In this document: positions 11,270-25,500 of the stretch, in pieces
How positions within the stretch are numbered: position 1 is the stretch's first letter
Layout: every line of letters begins with the position of its first letter
NCBI GenBank assembly: GCA_964247055.1
Contig: OZ176056.1
Coordinates: 7,874,001 to 7,938,000 of the forward strand
DNA from: Paragordius varius
Taxonomy: Eukaryota; Animalia; Nematomorpha
Direction of reading: 5' to 3'
Length of the DNA: 64,000 nucleotides
The notes under the pieces: generated by a model
What the model was told of the DNA's origin: nothing
Databases searched by the model: none
Seen by the model: only the letters and a program-made list of their open reading frames with translations
Made by a program: the position numbers and the translations under genes

Positions 11270-12605
11270 ACCACAATTTACATCTTAAACTCATGTGCTT
11301 TTACCTTAATCTGTTTATGGTATTAATTAAAAAATATTGACAATCATTTATAATAAATTAAGACACGGTTTTAAATATATATTATAAGATGAAATATAGG
11401 CGCATATTCTAAAAAAATTTATATTGTAAATGGACAAATGTTTATTTACTATTAATGTTTTCGATTAAAAACATTTTATATGGTGACAAACAAGATTTCG
11501 ACAAAAATAGGGCAGCTTCGTCCAATATCTCAAAAGAAGTAAGGACTAAACAAATTAAAAGAGCCAAAAGTTACCTAAACAACCTAAATATCTTTTAGAG
11601 AAATATTTTTGGACACCCGAAACTATTGAAAAAGCTTATTAAATATACTCTGATCCAGAAAACTATGAATGTCCCGTCAAGGATATAGCCAGTTTTTTGG
11701 GGTTAACATAACAGCACATTTACAAATTTTAAGATACTTAAGGATCAAAACTCAAACGGACAGATCCCTATATAATTGCCAATGTCAAAATAATTATGGA
11801 TCAATATCACGGATCAACTCTGCAGGATATCTTAAGACGACTCCCGGATGATTGTAAGATTTGGATGAGGACTCTATCAAAGATCGCAAAATACCTTAAT
11901 TACGATAAAATGACAAGATTATATAAAAGACCGTTAAATGGAAATTCTTCTGATGCTATAGATAGTAATAAATTATACTTGTTAACAGATATCAATATGA
12001 TTTTAAAATAAAGGATGTACCATGTGAAAAATTGTTTTTCATCGATGAAGCCATATTTAATTTGGACTCACATCAAGGTTTTGAGAAACAAACGATGAAT
12101 AAACAACATAACGTTTTTTTTGACACCGAAAGCTGGATGTGTTAGTTTGCTCTGTTTAATAGGTATTTCTGGCGTCATCGGTTACCACATAAAACCTGGT
12201 GTAATTAATTGTGCAGATTTTAAAGTTAAATTACATATTATAATGTAGACTTTTTTGATAAAACGTCTCAACACACGTGGTAATTAAGATACAATGGTAT
12301 TAGATCAATCTCCAATCCATCGTTACTCTGCAATTAAACCGTTTTTTAGGCGTTTAACATTTCTACCTCGTTACTCTTCCCAATTAAATCCTGCCAAAGC
12401 TTTTTTTGATTTTTGTAAAAATCAAGTTTTAATGTTAAAGCCTTCCAGTGAATACGAATTGCATTAATTATTGAATGTTTTAACGCTCAAAAGATACAAT
12501 TCCTGAAAAATTACGAGAACACATTCAAAATTTTAACAGATGTTGCACTCGAAAAGGAAAAATTATATAATGACACTTAGAGCAATATGATGTAAAAAAT
12601 TTGTG
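11270..12605 (+). pseudogene. IS630-Tc1-mariner (DDE_3-type) transposase relic
   Basis: FIDEA (~12038-12052), MVLDQSPIH (D at 12303), FLPRYSSQLNPAKAFF; stops and frameshifts upstream; partial second copy at 41510-43080; weak inverted similarity between ends. Confidence 0.8.
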
Positions 12606-13759
12606 CAATATTTAGAATAAATTCAAAATTATTTTTTTATTTAAGAAAGTCTTTGTATGATTTATTTCAGTTAATAGATTGACCGAAGCGGAATCTTAGT
12701 AAATCAAATTATTCATTGTTAACATTTTAAAAATGCATACACCCTCCCAAAAACGTTATAATGGCCATTTAAACAAGCAAAAATGAATTGACATTTTTGT
12801 TTTTTTGAAAATGAGTTTGGTGCGAAAAAAGACCATTGTATATTCATCATGCGAGTGCTCATATAGTATTAGGTGAATTCCTAAGTCTTTAACATTTTTT
12901 TAGTATAACCACATGCAAATATATCCATTATTATACATTGTTTTCTACACATATCTATTGATTATTTTTTATGATATATGCAATGGTTCTGTGTTGTTAA
13001 GGAATCATTATTTAATAATCTTCCAAATCTGTAAAAACCAAGTATATTGTTAATCTCATGCATACTAAATGTTTTAGCCAGCACTTCGACAGCCTTTTCC
13101 TTTTGGCGGCGATGCGTGTATCAAATTCCCTTTAGCCAAAACATTCAACATGATTACATGATAAAATACGAATTTTTTGGTTAACTCAACTAGTGTTGTT
13201 TGTCAACTACAGTAACAAAAACAAATGTTTATTATAGAAAAAAAAGAAAAGTTAAGAGAAAAAAGATTAGCACATGATTAAAAAATTGTGTAAGTAGAAA
13301 CAACAGAAAGTATTTATCAAGGGTCGTACATGGTGTAATTATTAGAAAAAATGTGTATTTTTACTAAATTTGAAAAAAAACAAGTTGGTGATAATTTTCC
13401 TATAAGATATTTTTTATAATTTTAGAGTTAATATGGCAAGAATTTTGATTTACCATTCAATCTGCCACACTAGGTTGCAGTAAAAAATTTAAATAAATAT
13501 TAAATTTAACTGAAAATGGCAAAAAATAACAAACAATTGTTCGCTTGTTTAATTGATTTAGCACTAATTTTTATGCCATATAAGCTATTGTGTTTACAAA
13601 TTCAACCATTCCATTAATTTTCTAAACAATGTTTAGTTAAACGGTTTATATTTTAACACGGTGCAAAACATATTTGGAACAATATTGCTGAATAATGACG
13701 TTAAGTGAGGAGTTATTCCCAAATATTTGCAACTAGAGTTGGTTGGTTGCGAATTTGTA

Positions 13760-14960
13760 GTTGATTACGACCCTGAGCGATTTTATATGAAAACTTGCTC
13801 CATTCGGTTCTATAGGTTTTTAGAAATAGTTTTTGCGGGGATATTTGGAAAGTAGGAAATTATCTCCATTTAATGAATTAGTCTTCAGCCTCTTCCTCTC
13901 TTGCCATTTACTTTTCCTAATTTTATATCATTTTCCAAAGAATATCCTCGTATCACGCAGAGTTATTAGTGTGTTGATTTGCGCAAATATGTTTTTAACT
14001 TTGTCCATGTTATACCAAATATTTTCCTCCAGTAGTAAAAATCAAAAGCGTTTATTCTTTTTTCGTCATCGTTTTTAATGATCCAACTTGAACAACCATA
14101 TAACATGATCTAAAGTCGCTTTTTAATTAACATATTGCATGAAAGATTTCTCCAAAGATCTTTTTTATGGGCTTGATACCTCAAGAATTTAGTTAATCAA
14201 TTTGGGCCCCACGTTTAAAAAAATACTCATTCAATAACTAACATTTAATAATGGTTTAGTTAAAACTTTTCCATAGGCTCGGTTCTGTTACCCTTGAGAC
14301 AGCCTGCCAGATATATATAATATGTTTTCATATTTTTGCGATAGTAACATTTTACGAAAAATATAATGCTATTTACCTGTCAAAAATAATCTCGTATCCT
14401 TAGCTTTGGAATATATTAAATTATTTAGTTTTCCTAACATTAATACAATTTATAATAATTACTTTACAATTAATTGTATTCATCATTGGCCAAAATTGAC
14501 ACATAAGTCATATGATATATGCTTAAATCCTTTTTATATGTTGAGGTTGAGACTAGACTTTTTAAATTATTTTTCAGTGGATTTTTACGTTAATCTATTT
14601 AAAATCACATTACATGTCCACATGATATAAAAAAAGTTTGTTATTTGGATTTTGTCATTCTCTATTAAATTTTTGTCTCACATAATTCTATTCATTTCAT
14701 AAATTATTTAATATAAAGATGCGAAAAGGATTTAAATTGTTATGTGTCTTTTTACTGTTATGCAGTATTATGTAAGGCTTATCATATAAGCCAGTCGCCA
14801 GAAAGTTCTTCTGTAGAAACCACATCGGTTCATTCTGGCGTCTAAAAAATATCTCCCAATGAATACGTTTCAATGAGGCTATGGAGTACGGTACGGGTCA
14901 GGAACCCACCCAGATGCATTATCACATTTTTTTATATTTTTTCCACATTATAAACAAACG
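13760..14960 (-). mobile_element. Old RTE LINE 3' remnant (homologue at 61330-62570 plus)
   Basis: Inverted similarity to 61330-62570; that copy reads GYFEHII..SLEKDI..KVNGKRGRG, the RTE C-terminal motif. Confidence 0.7.
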
Positions 14961-15459
14961 TAAATTATTGTTCGTTAGAAAACGGGTTAAATAAACTTGT
15001 TAAAGTGCGGCTGCTAGCTAATTTACAAGAGAAATCAGTTACCTTAAGCAGGTTCACAAATTACAAAAATTATTATGCTAATTCTAAAAAATCAAGTCAT
15101 CCTGGGCGTAATAAATTATTAGAAAAGGCACTTTGTATTTTCCATGTGATTAATCGGATGATTAGATGAAATTTTACATTGTTTTATCCTCAAATTTGCT
15201 ACCACACTACTTTTAAAATTAACATACCACAACATTCATAAATCAACCATTCCAATCTTAGCCCTTGTTAGTATTAAACGTCATCTTTTAACATACTTTA
15301 ACCATATTATATCCAAATCAACGACATAAAATTCATACCTTATACCTCTAAACAGACTCATAGATAACCATTCCGTAAGTAATTATAAAACTGAGTTTTA
15401 AACGTTTTTCTATCCCTTACGACACACAATATCTGCTGCAAACCAACCTAAATGTCGCA

Positions 15460-16040
15460 ACTTGCAATTTCTTATGAATGCATGGAACACTTGGTTCTAC
15501 TGACAAAATAATATTGTTATGAAAAAAATAAAAAAACTTAAAATCGAAATTCTAGGCCAAATCCCACATTTCTATAGGTCATAGTGAATTTAATAATCAC
15601 ATCCTATTTTACACAAATCACGAAACACTCAAACGCAACGGTGTGGTACTATGAACCAAAATGTTTGATTTTAAATTCGTAACCGAATTAGTCATCAATA
15701 CGATTGAATTCGATTCCTCACCAATTTCTGTATTAAAGTTTATGCCCCCACTAATTCTAATATTGATGATGACTGCGAACATTCTGTGATGTTCTTACAC
15801 CGCTATCAAAAAAGTACTAAAAAAAAACACCATTAAAAAGGGTGACTTTAATGCCATCATTGGCACGGATACTACATATTAAATAACTGGTGGAATCGGA
15901 CTTGGTATAAAAACGATAGAGACGAACGCATAAAAATCTGCATGAAGCACAAGCTATACATTTCAAACTCTTTTTTCCACCCGCGCAAAAGAAGGCTTTA
16001 CACATGGATCCTACATGGAAACCAGATTCAATTTATACTA
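15460..16040 (+). pseudogene. RTE AP-endonuclease remnant
   Basis: AWN..., YAPTNS, KGDFNAIIG, GGIGLG, SNSFFHPRKRRLYTW, NQI, with frameshifts. Confidence 0.75.
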
Positions 16041-16286
16041 GGGATGTAATGATACAAATCTTCCTGTGCAAACAGCATATCCTGTTCCGACGGTTTTTTC
16101 GTAACATATTATAAGTTTTTATATGTGACTCATAAAAACAGAATACAAAAGTACCACGTCTTTAAATATCTAAGTGTGTATAAATGTAAGAGTTGTCCTG
16201 TGTGGAAAATAACGATGATAGATATCAACCGGTATGTTATTTTTATCGTACTAATCTAACCTAGAATATAATTTAAAACTCTAAAA

Positions 16287-16900
16287 CAGGTGGCCAACAT
16301 TTTTTTCCCGCGGGCTAATTTTTCGGAGAAAATTTCAAGCGGGCCCGCATGAATATTAAATATCAAAATATTTTATCACTTTAACATGACTGTGGTGACT
16401 AGCACAAGCTATAATTAAGTTTTACGAAGACCAACGTAAACAGTGGACTAGTCAATTTGAAGCGATTACAAGATTTTATATTTTCGTGTAAAATTTCGAT
16501 AAGATAAGATTATCTCCTGTCCTCATTAATTTTAGAGAGAGATAAGCTTTTTACTGATTTTATAATATACTTTTTGCCTCCTAGCACTTTAGAAGCTTTA
16601 ATAAAAGCTTCTTTTCAAATTTGTCCGTCCTAAATGTTTTTGTTGTTTTTTATTAGGATTTTTTAAAGTTGTAATTATGGAATATTTTAGCTGTATTTTA
16701 AATGCGGTGTTTCTAAGCATTTAACTGCTCTTTCAATAGTTTCTGAAATGTATTTTTGATAGTTCAAGTGAAGTTCAGTAACGCGTTTCTGGACATTTGC
16801 TTTTTTAAGCAAAGCTAGGGTGAAGTTGCATATCAAACAAGTATTATTAATTATAAAAAATTTCCATTCCTTTCTATAACGTTATAAATTAGCATTGGTT
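16287..16900 (-). mobile_element. hAT (Charlie/SPIN-like) remnant
   Basis: caggtggccaac TIR-like end at 16287; minus strand reads NNTCLICNFTLALLKKANVQ, similar to the TCLICNSTVALPKKSNIE N-terminus of the 38782-41493 element. Confidence 0.6.
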
Positions 16901-16912
16901 TGATTTTATACT

Positions 16913-19900
16913 TAGGGTGACCAGACGTCCCGCTTTTGGCGAGATAGTCCCAATTTTTACCAGTTGAATCTAGATAAATTTTATATTAAACTCATTATTT
17001 TGATCTTTTTTGTGTTCGTACTGCTAAATTAACAGTCAAATCAAGTCTGCTACTTACGCTTACAATAGAAATTATAGTAAGTAATTTATTTACATCGATA
17101 TAATTTATTTTAGATTAACAAAATGAATACGAAAAGATGTAAACTCACTAGATTTATGTAAATCTTTTATCAAAAAATCTAAAAAGGACTACATAGTTAT
17201 ATGTCGAACATGCAACGGCGAATTCAGTATTTTCCATGGCGCAAAGAATGATATATTAAAGCATTTGGAGACAAAACATAATAGATGTTTGAATACTGCT
17301 GCATCATCTTCCAAAATGCCAGATTTTTTATAAAAAACAACTTATGGAGATAAAGAAATTAATTTAGAATTAGCAGAGGACCTATATCATTTCATGCTGT
17401 TAATCACAGTCATTTCTTAAGATTCATGGATTGTACACATCAAAAGTCATCAGAAAGCTTTTTAATAATAAATTTAGCTGTGCTAGAGCAAAGGCCGAGG
17501 AAATAGTGTGTTATGTGATTCCCCATATGCATTATCAAAAATAAAAAATAATTTACAAAAAAATAATTTTATATCCATATATTCTGACGCATCGAATCAT
17601 AAAGAAATAAAATTATTTTCAACCATCATAAGTATTTTTATTCACATACTGGGGTTAAAATTTTAAATTTTATCTGTTTACACGGTGAATAAAATAATTA
17701 TTAGTTCTATTATTGATAAATATTTAAAACGAAAATTATCTTATACTGTGCAGACAATACGAATACTAATTTCGGAGGAAAAGCGAGAAAAAGCACAAAT
17801 ATTATTTTTTATAAATTAACGAAAGATCTGAATCAAAATATTATTGTTGTTGAGTGGCACGCATATAATACATAAAGCTATTCAAACAGCTGCTGACTTG
17901 TTACCAGATGTGAAGAACAATGTTGTTAAAATATATTTTAATTTTAAACTGATACTTGTACTAAAGACGAAAGACAAACGATACCAAATAATTCATAATC
18001 AAACACGGTATGTGGGAAGCAAAAACAGCACGAGCACATGCGGCACATGCGAAATGGGATATGAAACTGATAGTAAAATATGACTAAAATAAAATTAACA
18101 TGCTCTAAATAAATACTTATGTCCCATATCATTAAATATAATAAAATGTGCAAATAACCATTAGGCCGGTACACAAATAATATGTAAGTACATATGGACA
18201 TTATAGATACCAAAAAATAAAAATAAAAAATAATACCATAAAAATAAAATAAATTATTGTAAAGTTATCAACCTTAATTATTTATAAATTACATTTTGAA
18301 TATTTAAAACGCAAACTAACCGCTACAACGCCAACTCTGACAAACACACCTGCAATAAAATACATAATAATATCATAATAATCCAAGGACATTATACTAT
18401 TAATCCTTCCTTATATATCACAATGACACAAATACTACTACGCTTTGCAACCTGGAACATACCCGGCATACGAAATTAAATGGGCGAGGTTAGAACGATA
18501 TGCCTAAAAAATAACCTTCAACTCCTATGTGTACAGAAAACCCGGTGAGACTATAATGGTAGAGAGAGATTCGGCCAAAACTTCACATTATTCAGCAGCA
18601 AGGACAACGGCAATTCCGGAGGAGTCGGCTTTCTTGTAAAACGCAATATACTACGCCGAGTAACAGACTTTATTCCACACTCAAATCGCCTAGCGGAATT
18701 ACACATCACCATCAACCAACGACAATACGTGATAATAAGTGCTTATCAGCCTCACAACAAAACCGAATTCTCAGCGCTTCTCCTCACCCTAGGGGTAGTT
18801 TATGACATATCCCGCGCTCGTGTACGCTACTGATATGTGGAGACCTAAACTGTTGTGTTGGAAGAAACTCAATGTCATGGAGCATCGGCAAATATGCCTT
18901 AAACACATCGTCATCTTGTGGCAAACTATTGATAGAGTTCTGCAAAGGGAGACATCTCCTTATCGGTAACACCCACTTCAATATTAATGATAAAAGCCCG
19001 CACACACGGATGGCCAGAGGCGTACGCTCCTCCCAAATTGACTTCATCCTCAGAGAAAAGGACTTAGGAAGGTTTGGAAGGATATTCTGCTTGGATTACT
19101 ATTAATTACTAAGCGACCACTTGCCAGTTTGTGCCGAGGTTAAGGCTAAATGGAAACCATTAAAGAAATTCATTGGACCTAGGAATGAATGGGAATCTGT
19201 CCAACATAATCTCATCACACGCGAAAGACGACGACCGACACTTGCTGAAGATTGGATGTCTGACGCTATGAAAAGGTTTCTTATTGCTACTCGAAATAAA
19301 TGCTGCAAGAGCCGCAGGAGGGCTTGGATAAGATACAAGATGGACAAAATGAAGCAGAAAGACCGAACTGCTTTCGTCAGTAAATTCTTCTCAACATTAG
19401 CCTCAAACGCTAAGACCTCCGTATACAATACTTAATGATACGGTTCCTCCTACGCAAGCCCAGAATATCGACAACCTTACGCATAGATGGCACCTTAAAT
19501 AATTATAACGAGGTTAACTTAAACGAACTACACAAACATTACACCCGACTGCTTGGAGATGACCCTGAAAATGAACAAAGAATTACCTCAATGTACCCCT
19601 AGTCCATTAAGCCTAACGATTCGACATTCTCAGCATGCTAAAGAGACATAAAAAACCTGGTCCCGACAGATGCCCTACAAACATGTGGGTTGATGAGATA
19701 AGCAAGGAAAATATAATGCCTGTGATGGAGAAACTGCTTGAAAATGGTACTTCTGAGGGAATGGCTTGATTTTGACATAATAAACATAGGTAAAAACGAA
19801 TTTGCCGACACAGTAGATGGCTATCGGGTCATCGCCCTTATAAACACAGTCTACAAAGTGCTTTCCAACATTGCGCTCGACCGACTTAAGGATGTGGATG

Positions 19901-22483
19901 ATACACACCATGCTATATGTGGGTTTCGAAAGGGCCGTGGTACCACCGACCTATTTAGCGCGCTCATTATATAAATAAAAAGTAGATGGTGAAAACACCT
20001 GCTGTACATAAGCTTCGTTGACATCAGAAGGCATTTGACCTTATAGACAGGGACCATATCGTCAGCTTGCTCGACACTTTGAATATGGAGGAAATTTTAA
20101 AAACTTTATGGTACATTTTATTAGCCGGACAAGGTGTCGAGTCAGCCTTGAGAACGCTAGGCCGGACCACATTTACCCTACAAGATGCCTTAAACAGGGG
20201 TGCCTACTCTCTCCTAAGTTATTCAACTTGGCAATCAACAAAATCATTGAAAATCTCTACGCTGCATTAAGTGATAAATTCTTCCACATCCTATATTATG
20301 CGGATGACCTCTGCATCATCACAGACTTATAGGAAGTGTTGCAATTAGCCCTCAACAATCTACAACACGAGCTAAATAATATTAACTTATCAATCAACTT
20401 CCCCAAAACCAAAGCCATACGGGAGATTACTACAAACCTTTACTATCCTTAGATGATGGCGCCATTGAGGTTGTTAGCAGGTTTCGCTACCTGGGCATAG
20501 AGATAGATAATCAGGGCTGTGTCGTGGAATGCTGTCCCAACAGATTAGGCATGGTGAACCTGATCTTTAACGGTCTTGGTGGTTTGTGGCAATCGAAAAA
20601 GGTAGGGTTTAAACTGAATCTCAAAATTTTCAAATGCTAAATTATTCCCCGCATAACATATGGCTTCTCAATATGGCGCACCACCCATAAACACACCCGA
20701 AAAATACAGGTCTTCATAAATAAATGCCTCCGCCGCATCACTGGCGACACATACACGCCGTCGAAAAACTCGCAACTACCCATTTGCTACCTCCACAAAA
20801 AAACAACGATGCTTCCCATAGGCCTGGCTATTCCCCTAGCTGGTCTGAACATAATGACCCACCAAATTCGACATAGTAGTAGAAGCTTGCTGCGAGACGC
20901 ATTGGAATGGAGGTTAGATAACGCGCATTGGAAATACAAACGATCATGGTAAATCGCGATTATCCGATAACAAATTCGTTGATGCAGTGGTGAATGGGAC
21001 TTAAAAACACCTGAGCGGGAAAATAAAGAAGGAACTTATTGGAGAGGAAATCGTTTTATATAAGGATAAAAGAGAACGAAAGCGCCTGCGTCGCCTGGAG
21101 CGAGCTAGAGCGCGAAAACGGGAGAGAAGAAGGGCAACAATTAAGGACTCCCGACAATTACCCATATCCGCAGACGCTGATCCTAATGATAGGCCCACAT
21201 GCAGTGACACACCTATAACCCATTATAATGATAATATCTGGATGACCAACACATTAATGACATTATTAACCCCTTGAACAATTATGCTATCATTACAGGT
21301 AACAACACGCACATATGGTTTAACCTACAGAGTATAGGAAATCTTATCACTATTGCATATGGCTATGATTGATTTTGAATCACAAATAGGTTTTGTATTG
21401 GGAGGTTAGCAGTCTAAGATTGATATGCAACCTAAACATTCATTTACTACATATGTAAACTTACTTAAGCAAAAATTCATACTTGCATGTCTATATATAT
21501 ATAACTTACCACTATACCTTAGATGCAACCCCACCCCCAACGCTACTAGACGGCTGCCACTGAACCACCATTTGGTGTATGGAAGGACGGCAAGGGACGT
21601 CTTTTGTGGACAGTGGCCACATGGGTCTGCTACACCCTTTTCTTGATACACTTTGATATATACACTGTAGCGTTGAAATGCTTAAGGAATTTTATGAAAA
21701 TGCGGAAGTTTAATATCAGAAGCTTGGATACTGTAAAACGCGTTGGTTAGCTCTTCTGTTGAAAATGTGTCCCTCAAAATCCTAATCGCAAGACAAATAT
21801 CCTACAATTTTAGAAAGTTTTTTTGAAAATTTTTCAAAAATATGGCTAGAGTTACTACAAAATCAAGGTTCTTTGTTTTTCCAAAACGTTATATAACTCT
21901 TTGAAGGTACGAATTATCTGCAATCAAAGTTAATAATATAAAATACTAATGTCAAGAGAGTTTAGAAATAATTTTCTGCTATTTACTATTCGGAATAGTA
22001 TAAACGAGCTAGAAAAGCTAGGTGCAATAAACCGTCAGGATATCATAAACCTTATAAAAAGATTATATACCAACTGCAAGATTATACACGGTACATATTT
22101 AATGATATTGATCAAATTTATTGGATTACATTAAAACCAGACTTGGTACGATGTTCAAAAATCTTTTGATTAAATTTATCAAAAATTCCCATCTTAATGA
22201 TCGTTTTAGTGAAGTATAATTGGTTGGGCATCAGAAAAAATAACAGTAGAGGACAAGTAGTTGAAAATTTTATATCATTTTGAAACAAACTACCTTCCTT
22301 ACAATAATGTTTTAAAATTGTAGAATTCGCGCACTCTCTTTACTACGATATTGTTTTTTGGAAAATTTTTGATGTAACATTGTGTATAAAGGGCAAATAA
22401 TATTAAATTAATAAAGGTTTGCCTCAAATCCAAAATTATGTTATTCTTTCACGTATAAATGTACAAAATTGACAACTACCCTA
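16913..22483 (+). mobile_element. Degenerate hAT (Blackjack-like) transposon split by a ~3.7-kb insertion
   Basis: TIR TAGGGTGACCAGACGTCCCG at 16913; BED-finger-like CRTCNGEFSIFHGAKNDILKH, DASNHK, DNTNTNFGG and HIIH at 17120-17940; frame resumes at ~21655 (VEMLKEFY, YCKTRWLALL, QDKYPTIL). Right TIR and TSD not confirmed. Confidence 0.75.
18430..20950 (+). pseudogene. Degenerate near-full-length RTE-like LINE (APE + RT)
   Basis: LRFATWNI, GGVGFLVK, SSQIDFIL, SDHLPV, GFRKGRGTTD, LKQGCLLSPKLFNL, YADDL, KIQVFINKCLRRI; many stops and frameshifts. Confidence 0.85.
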
Positions 22484-22575
22484 TTTTAATTTAATAAAAT
22501 AAATTTTATGATATAAAAAGAGTAATACACAATATTTGCAATTTTCCCAAAAAATAATGAGAGCATATGGAATCA

Positions 22576-25500
22576 AATGTATGTTCAGTAATTTTATTGC
22601 CAGTCAAAAAACATAAATGGTTTATCCAATGCGTAAAATACTGACCCACGAAATTATTTTGTAGTACACATATGAAAGAGGATTGACGTGAGAATTAACA
22701 AATGCTTTAATTTGATGGATATTTTGTAATGTTAAATTTTCAGAATATTATAGCAATTTATGTTAACATTTGTAATGTTGTTGTTACGTATTTAGATGCG
22801 GAATTTTGTGGGTTTTTATCTTTGATAAATTAATAAATAGTAAAATACGTATTTTAAGATTTTTTATGTTAATTATTCCTAAAAATAATAAATATTTTTC
22901 AACATGCTAAATACTTGTATTAATCAAATTGGTATTATAATTTTATATAGTTGTTATTACTAATTAAAAAAACACCGGTAATTATATATTTGTGAAAATT
23001 TGAGTAGATTTTAGATTTTTGTCTTTTATGTTTCGCATTGTTAATTATTAATAATTTTTAAGTATTTCAGACGTTTTAATCAGGCAAAAATTACGGTTTT
23101 TAACAAATTTAGTAATTTTTTTTTGTTTTTTAGGTTTTGCATTTTTAATTGTAATTAATTACTACATATTTTGGACATTATAATAAATACAAGTAAAAAT
23201 TGGGGTTTTTAGTAAATTTAGTGAAAATTTAGTTTTTTTTTCTTGTTTTTATATATTCAATTAATTACTAAATATTTTGGACATTATAATATATACAGGT
23301 AAAAATTGCGGTTTTTAACAAATTTAGTAAAAATTTAATTTTTTATTGTTTTTTTATTTAATATTGTTAATTGTAATTAATTACTACATATTTGGAAATT
23401 TTAATAAATACAGGTGAAAATGGCGGTTTTTAACAAATTTCAAATGTAACATTTTTTTTATCATTGTTATTTAATTAATAACTAAATATTTTGGACTCTA
23501 TAATAAATACAGGTAAAAATTGCGGTTTTTAGTAAATATAGTAAAAATTTAGTTTTTTTATTCAACCTTGCTAATTTATTTATCACTATATATTTGTGAA
23601 ACATTGATATATACAGGTAAAAATTACTATGATTTCCGGTTTTTTAAATTTTTTAAAATATTATTTTTCTTGTTTAACATTGATAACCAAAATATTAATA
23701 TAGTTAACATATCTGATACAGGTAAAAATGCATGTAACGGTTTTAGGTTTGACATTTTATTTTCCAAATCAACTATTTATATTTTACAAACACCTTATGT
23801 CACCAAAGATTGAAAATAAGATCAAGATATATAAAACATCTTTTAAAGTATCTGAATATCGCCAAATATAAATAAATTTATTTTAATTATAATACAAAAT
23901 ATTCATAATATTATGTTTGAAATTAACATTCTTCTATATTGCGGTGTGCGTCATGATGTTCATATTGAAGAATAGTATGAGATGCAATAATTAAATGCAA
24001 AAAATCCTGAAAATTTCAATCACCATCATTTTCTAGGTAGATTCTATCAACTAAAATATAAGATAATTAATATATTAGAAAATTGATACCTGGATTCTAG
24101 TATTTTCAACATATGGGGGCTAAAACATTTAAAGTTTGAAAGAGTACTAAATAAGGTTGACTTGGCTTTTTAACAACTAAATTTGCAAAAAAATATTTTC
24201 TTCATGAAAAAATTCAAAAATGATACTTTATGTTTTTGCGTTTTCGTTCTACCATCTTAAACTATAAATATAAAAAACATTCTTCACCAAAGCAAACAAT
24301 GTTAGTGTTGCTTTGGAATGCTGTTGCATTCAAAGATTAAAATAAATATTTGTTTCTATTTTCTATTTGACGTCATTGGTATGGTGAAATCATATAAGCC
24401 TTTTCATATTTATAGTTTAGGATGGTAAAACGAAAAAAACATAAAATATCATTTTTTGAATGGAAAATATTTTTTTGCAATTAGTTGTTACCAAGTCAAC
24501 CTTATTTAGTTCTCTTTCAAACTTTGAATGTTTTAGCCCCCAATTAATGTTGAAAATATTTCTAAAATTCAGGTATCAATTTTCTAATATATTAATTATC
24601 TTATATTTTAGTTGATAGAATCTACCTAGAAAATGATGGTGATTGAAATTTTCATTATTTGCATTTAATTATTGCATCTCATACTATTCTTCAATCTATA
24701 TGATCATCATGAACGCACACCGCATCGTATATCAATTATATAAACAAATTACCTGTATTAATATCAATAAGAAGAATGTTAATTTCAACATAATATTATA
24801 AATATTTTGTATATTATACATTTATAATTCAAATAAATTTATTTATATTTGGCGATATTCAGATACTTTAAAAGATTTTATATATCTTGATCTTATTTTC
24901 GATCTTTGGTGACATAAGGTGTTTGTTAAAATCTAAATAGTTGATTTGGATAATAAAATGTCAAACCTAAAACCGTTACATGCATTTTTACCTGTATCAC
25001 ATATGTTAACTATATTAATATTTTAGTTATCAATGTGAAACAAAAAAATAATATTTTAAAAAATTTAAAAAACCGCAAATCATAGTAATTTTTACCATAT
25101 CAATGTTTCACAAATACATAGTGATATATAAATTAACAAGGTTGAATAAAAAATTTAAAATTCTACCAATTTATTAAAAACCGCAATTGACAGCAGTTTT
25201 ATAAATGTCCAAAATATTTAGTAATTAATTAAACAACAATGATACAAAATACAAACAATGTTACATTTGAAATTTGTTAAAAACCGCCATTTTCTCCTGT
25301 ATTTAATAAAATTTTCAAATATGGTAATTAATTACAATTAACAATATTATATATAAAAAACAGAAAAACTAAATTTTTACTAAATTTGTTAAAAACCGTA
25401 ATTTTTACCTGTATTTATTATATTGTCAAAAATATGTAGTAATTAATTACAATTAAAAATGCAAAACTCAAAAAACAAAAAAAACTAAATTTTTACTAAA

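Noticed and set aside
11270-12605. Bacterial contamination or HGT suggested by the IS630-like motifs
   Set aside because: Embedded among eukaryotic TEs, two decayed copies, composition matches the host; ITm elements are native to eukaryotes.
18035-18070. GCGAAATGGGA resembling an HDV-ribozyme 3' end near the LINE 5' region
   Set aside because: No matching P2 5' strand or P1/P3 pairing upstream.
22471-22491. Right TIR and TSD of the Blackjack-like hAT
   Set aside because: Only ACCCTA matches, and the flanks (tttatact vs ttttaatt) do not form a TSD.
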